From positions 1,620,001 through 1,652,000 of the forward strand of contig NC_006512.1 in the NCBI RefSeq assembly GCF_000008465.1: 32,000 bases of DNA. Direction: 5' to 3'. Positions 27,524 to 32,000 of the stretch are shown here, piece by piece (the stretch's first letter is position 1; each line of letters begins with the position of its first letter). Below the pieces are notes generated by a model. It saw only the letters and a program-made list of their open reading frames with translations, ran no database searches and was not told where the DNA came from. Both the position numbers and the translations under genes were made by a program. This DNA is from Idiomarina loihiensis L2TR. Its GTDB lineage: Bacteria > Pseudomonadota > Gammaproteobacteria > Enterobacterales > Alteromonadaceae.

Positions 27524-27548
27524 GGGTTTCAGTTCACTATAGCGACTC

Positions 27549-30218
<2,670 letters not shown>

Positions 30219-30476
30219 AGATTCTCTCCCATTCGCTTCCAAAGCGTCGTTGTGAACTAAACGGTCTCTTAAATATAGACAAACAGAACCGTTTCAGCCA
30301 TCAAATGTGTGCTTTGATGAAAACATAAATCAAAAGTTTGTGCCAATTAACTGCTGGTTAAGTACTCAGTTAAGCAACTATTTTTATTATAAATTGTGTT
30401 TATATTACATAGTCGGTAAAAAGTGTTTAAGATCAATTAGACATCAGTCTTAGTGAATAAAATAAGGATATAATGG

Positions 30477-31337
30477 ATGAGTCAGGTACTCGATGATTTA
30501 CTCGACCTGCTAACCCTGGAGAGCATTGAGGACGGTCTTTACCGTGGACAAAGTCAGGATCTAGGCTTTGGCGCAGTTTTTGGTGGTCAGGTTATTGGAC
30601 AGGCGCTGTCGGCGGCTAAAGAAACTTTACCTCAGGAGCGAGTGTGCCATTCGTTTCACAGTTACTTTTTACGCCCGGGTGACGCCAAAAAACCTATTGT
30701 TTATGACGTTGAAACCATACGCGACGGTAAAAGTTTTTCAGCACGCAGAGTCAAAGCCATACAGTATGGTAAACCCATTTTCTACATGACTGCGTCTTTC
30801 CAGCAACAGGAAGAAGGCTTTGAGCATCAGGACACCATGCCTGAAGTGCCCGGTCCAGAAGGCTTAGTTTCAGACTTGGATATTTATCGTGAACACGAAG
30901 AGCTGATACCGGCACCACTGCGCAAGAAATTCATTTGCGACAAGCCCATAGAAATGCGCTTTGTTACCCCATATAACCCATTTAAACCTGAAAAAGACGA
31001 GCCTCGCCGTTATGTCTGGTTCAGAGCTAACGGCAACATGCCGGACGATCAGCGTGTGCACAAATACTTGCTGGCTTATGCGTCAGACTTTAACTTTTTA
31101 CCGACAGCACTGCAGCCTCATGGCGTGAGCTTTGCTCAACCCCATATGCAGGTTGCAACCGTTGATCATGCCATGTGGTTCCATCGCGACTTCCGTATGG
31201 ATGACTGGCTGCTCTACGCAATAGATAGCCCTTCTGCCAGTGGTCAGCGCGGTTTAGTGCGCGGGCAAATATTCACGCGTGATGGTGTGCTAGTAGCATC
31301 GACAATTCAGGAAGGTGTTATACGGGACCGCGGTTAA
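30477..31337 (+). CDS. tesB: acyl-CoA thioesterase II
   Basis: 286 aa, collinear with E. coli TesB as I remember it (LLxLLxLExIEEGLxRGQS, [24 protein letters not shown], VASTxQEGV). AAGGA lies 8 nt upstream. Confidence 0.95.
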   Translation: MSQVLDDLLDLLTLESIEDGLYRGQSQDLGFGAVFGGQVIGQALSAAKETLPQERVCHSFHSYFLRPGDAKKPIVYDVETIRDGKSFSARRVKAIQYGKPIFYMTASFQQQEEGFEHQDTMPEVPGPEGLVSDLDIYREHEELIPAPLRKKFICDKPIEMRFVTPYNPFKPEKDEPRRYVWFRANGNMPDDQRVHKYLLAYASDFNFLPTALQPHGVSFAQPHMQVATVDHAMWFHRDFRMDDWLLYAIDSPSASGQRGLVRGQIFTRDGVLVASTIQEGVIRDRG

Positions 31338-31375
31338 ACGCGATCCCGATATTAGGGCGTATTGACGTTTACTGA

Positions 31376-32000
31376 TTAGGTCAGAGAAACAAAGAAACCG
31401 GCAATTGCAGCACTCATCATGTTTGCCAAAGTCGCTGCTAATAAAGCCCGCATACCTAAACGAGCAATGTCATGGCGTCGGCTGGGCGCCATACCGCCTA
31501 ACCCGCCCAGCAAAATAGCAATAGACGAAAAGTTCGCAAACCCGCAAAGCACAAAGGTAATGATAACCTGCGAGTTTTCACTTAACTGATCTTTGTAATT
31601 GACAAAATCGAGGTAGGCGACAAATTCATTAATAACCAGCTTCTGACCAATAAAGCTTCCCGCCAGGTTAGCTTCATCCCAACTGACCCCTAATACATAG
31701 GCAACAGGCTGAAATACATAACCAAAAATTTGCTGTAAGGTCAGTTCAGAATACCCAAACCAACCGCCAACCCAGCCAAAAATGCCGTTAACCAGTGCAA
31801 TAAGCGCAACGAAGGCTAACAACATAGCACCAACATTCATTGCTAACTGCAGGCCACTGGATGCCCCTTGAGCTGCTGCGTCAATGACATTTGCGGAATT
31901 ATCTTCCACTTCAATTTCGTTGAGATCGTTACGCGGCTTCTCTGATTCGGGAATCATCATTTTAGCCATTAAGAATCCGCCAGGCGCAGCCATAAAGCTC
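31376..32000 (-). CDS. NupC/CNT-family nucleoside transporter, C-terminal part (5' end outside the window)
   Basis: The C-terminal domain is typical of concentrative nucleoside transporters ([34 protein letters not shown]). The ORF is open to the right window edge. Confidence 0.85.
   Translation of the reverse strand, partial: SFMAAPGGFLMAKMMIPESEKPRNDLNEIEVEDNSANVIDAAAQGASSGLQLAMNVGAMLLAFVALIALVNGIFGWVGGWFGYSELTLQQIFGYVFQPVAYVLGVSWDEANLAGSFIGQKLVINEFVAYLDFVNYKDQLSENSQVIITFVLCGFANFSSIAILLGGLGGMAPSRRHDIARLGMRALLAATLANMMSAAIAGFFVSLT

Noticed and set aside
30251-30266. A CRP-like site, TGTGAACTAAACGGTC, upstream of acnA.
   Set aside because: Only the left half-site matches TGTGA. The right half (CGGTC) is far from TCACA.

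Overview
This is a chromosomal window from a gammaproteobacterium, and the gene order looks like marine Vibrionales/Alteromonadales. About 60% is conserved housekeeping, in three blocks. Block 1 (1-10 kb, minus strand) is envelope and competence: comEC, msbA-lpxK-ycaR-kdsB and lolCDE, with translationally coupled junctions. Block 2 (10-19.7 kb) runs PilZ-like protein, mfd, csiV, a MarR regulator coupled to an exported ExeM/NucH-type nuclease, a putative outer-membrane barrel, and an exported MsrA-MsrB fusion. Block 3 (27.5-32 kb) is acnA, tesB and the 3' part of a NupC-family nucleoside transporter. The stretch that looks accessory is 19.7-27.5 kb. It holds a minus-strand operon encoding a single-pass Ig-like membrane protein, a sodium:solute symporter, a divergent aspartate-carbamoyltransferase-like enzyme and a long AsnB-family amidotransferase. 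Divergent from that operon is a truncated HPPK-like gene coupled to a FolM-type pteridine reductase. Next comes an intact IS4-like element (1440 bp, 18-bp imperfect inverted repeats, 12-bp target duplication) inserted inside the bidirectional terminator shared with acnA. I saw no rRNA, tRNA or CRISPR array. The best candidate for an undescribed system is the transcarbamylase/amidotransferase/symporter operon. The transcarbamylase keeps the carbamoyl-phosphate site but has lost the aspartate beta-carboxylate ligands. All functional calls come from motif recognition and remembered synteny; nothing was searched against a database.
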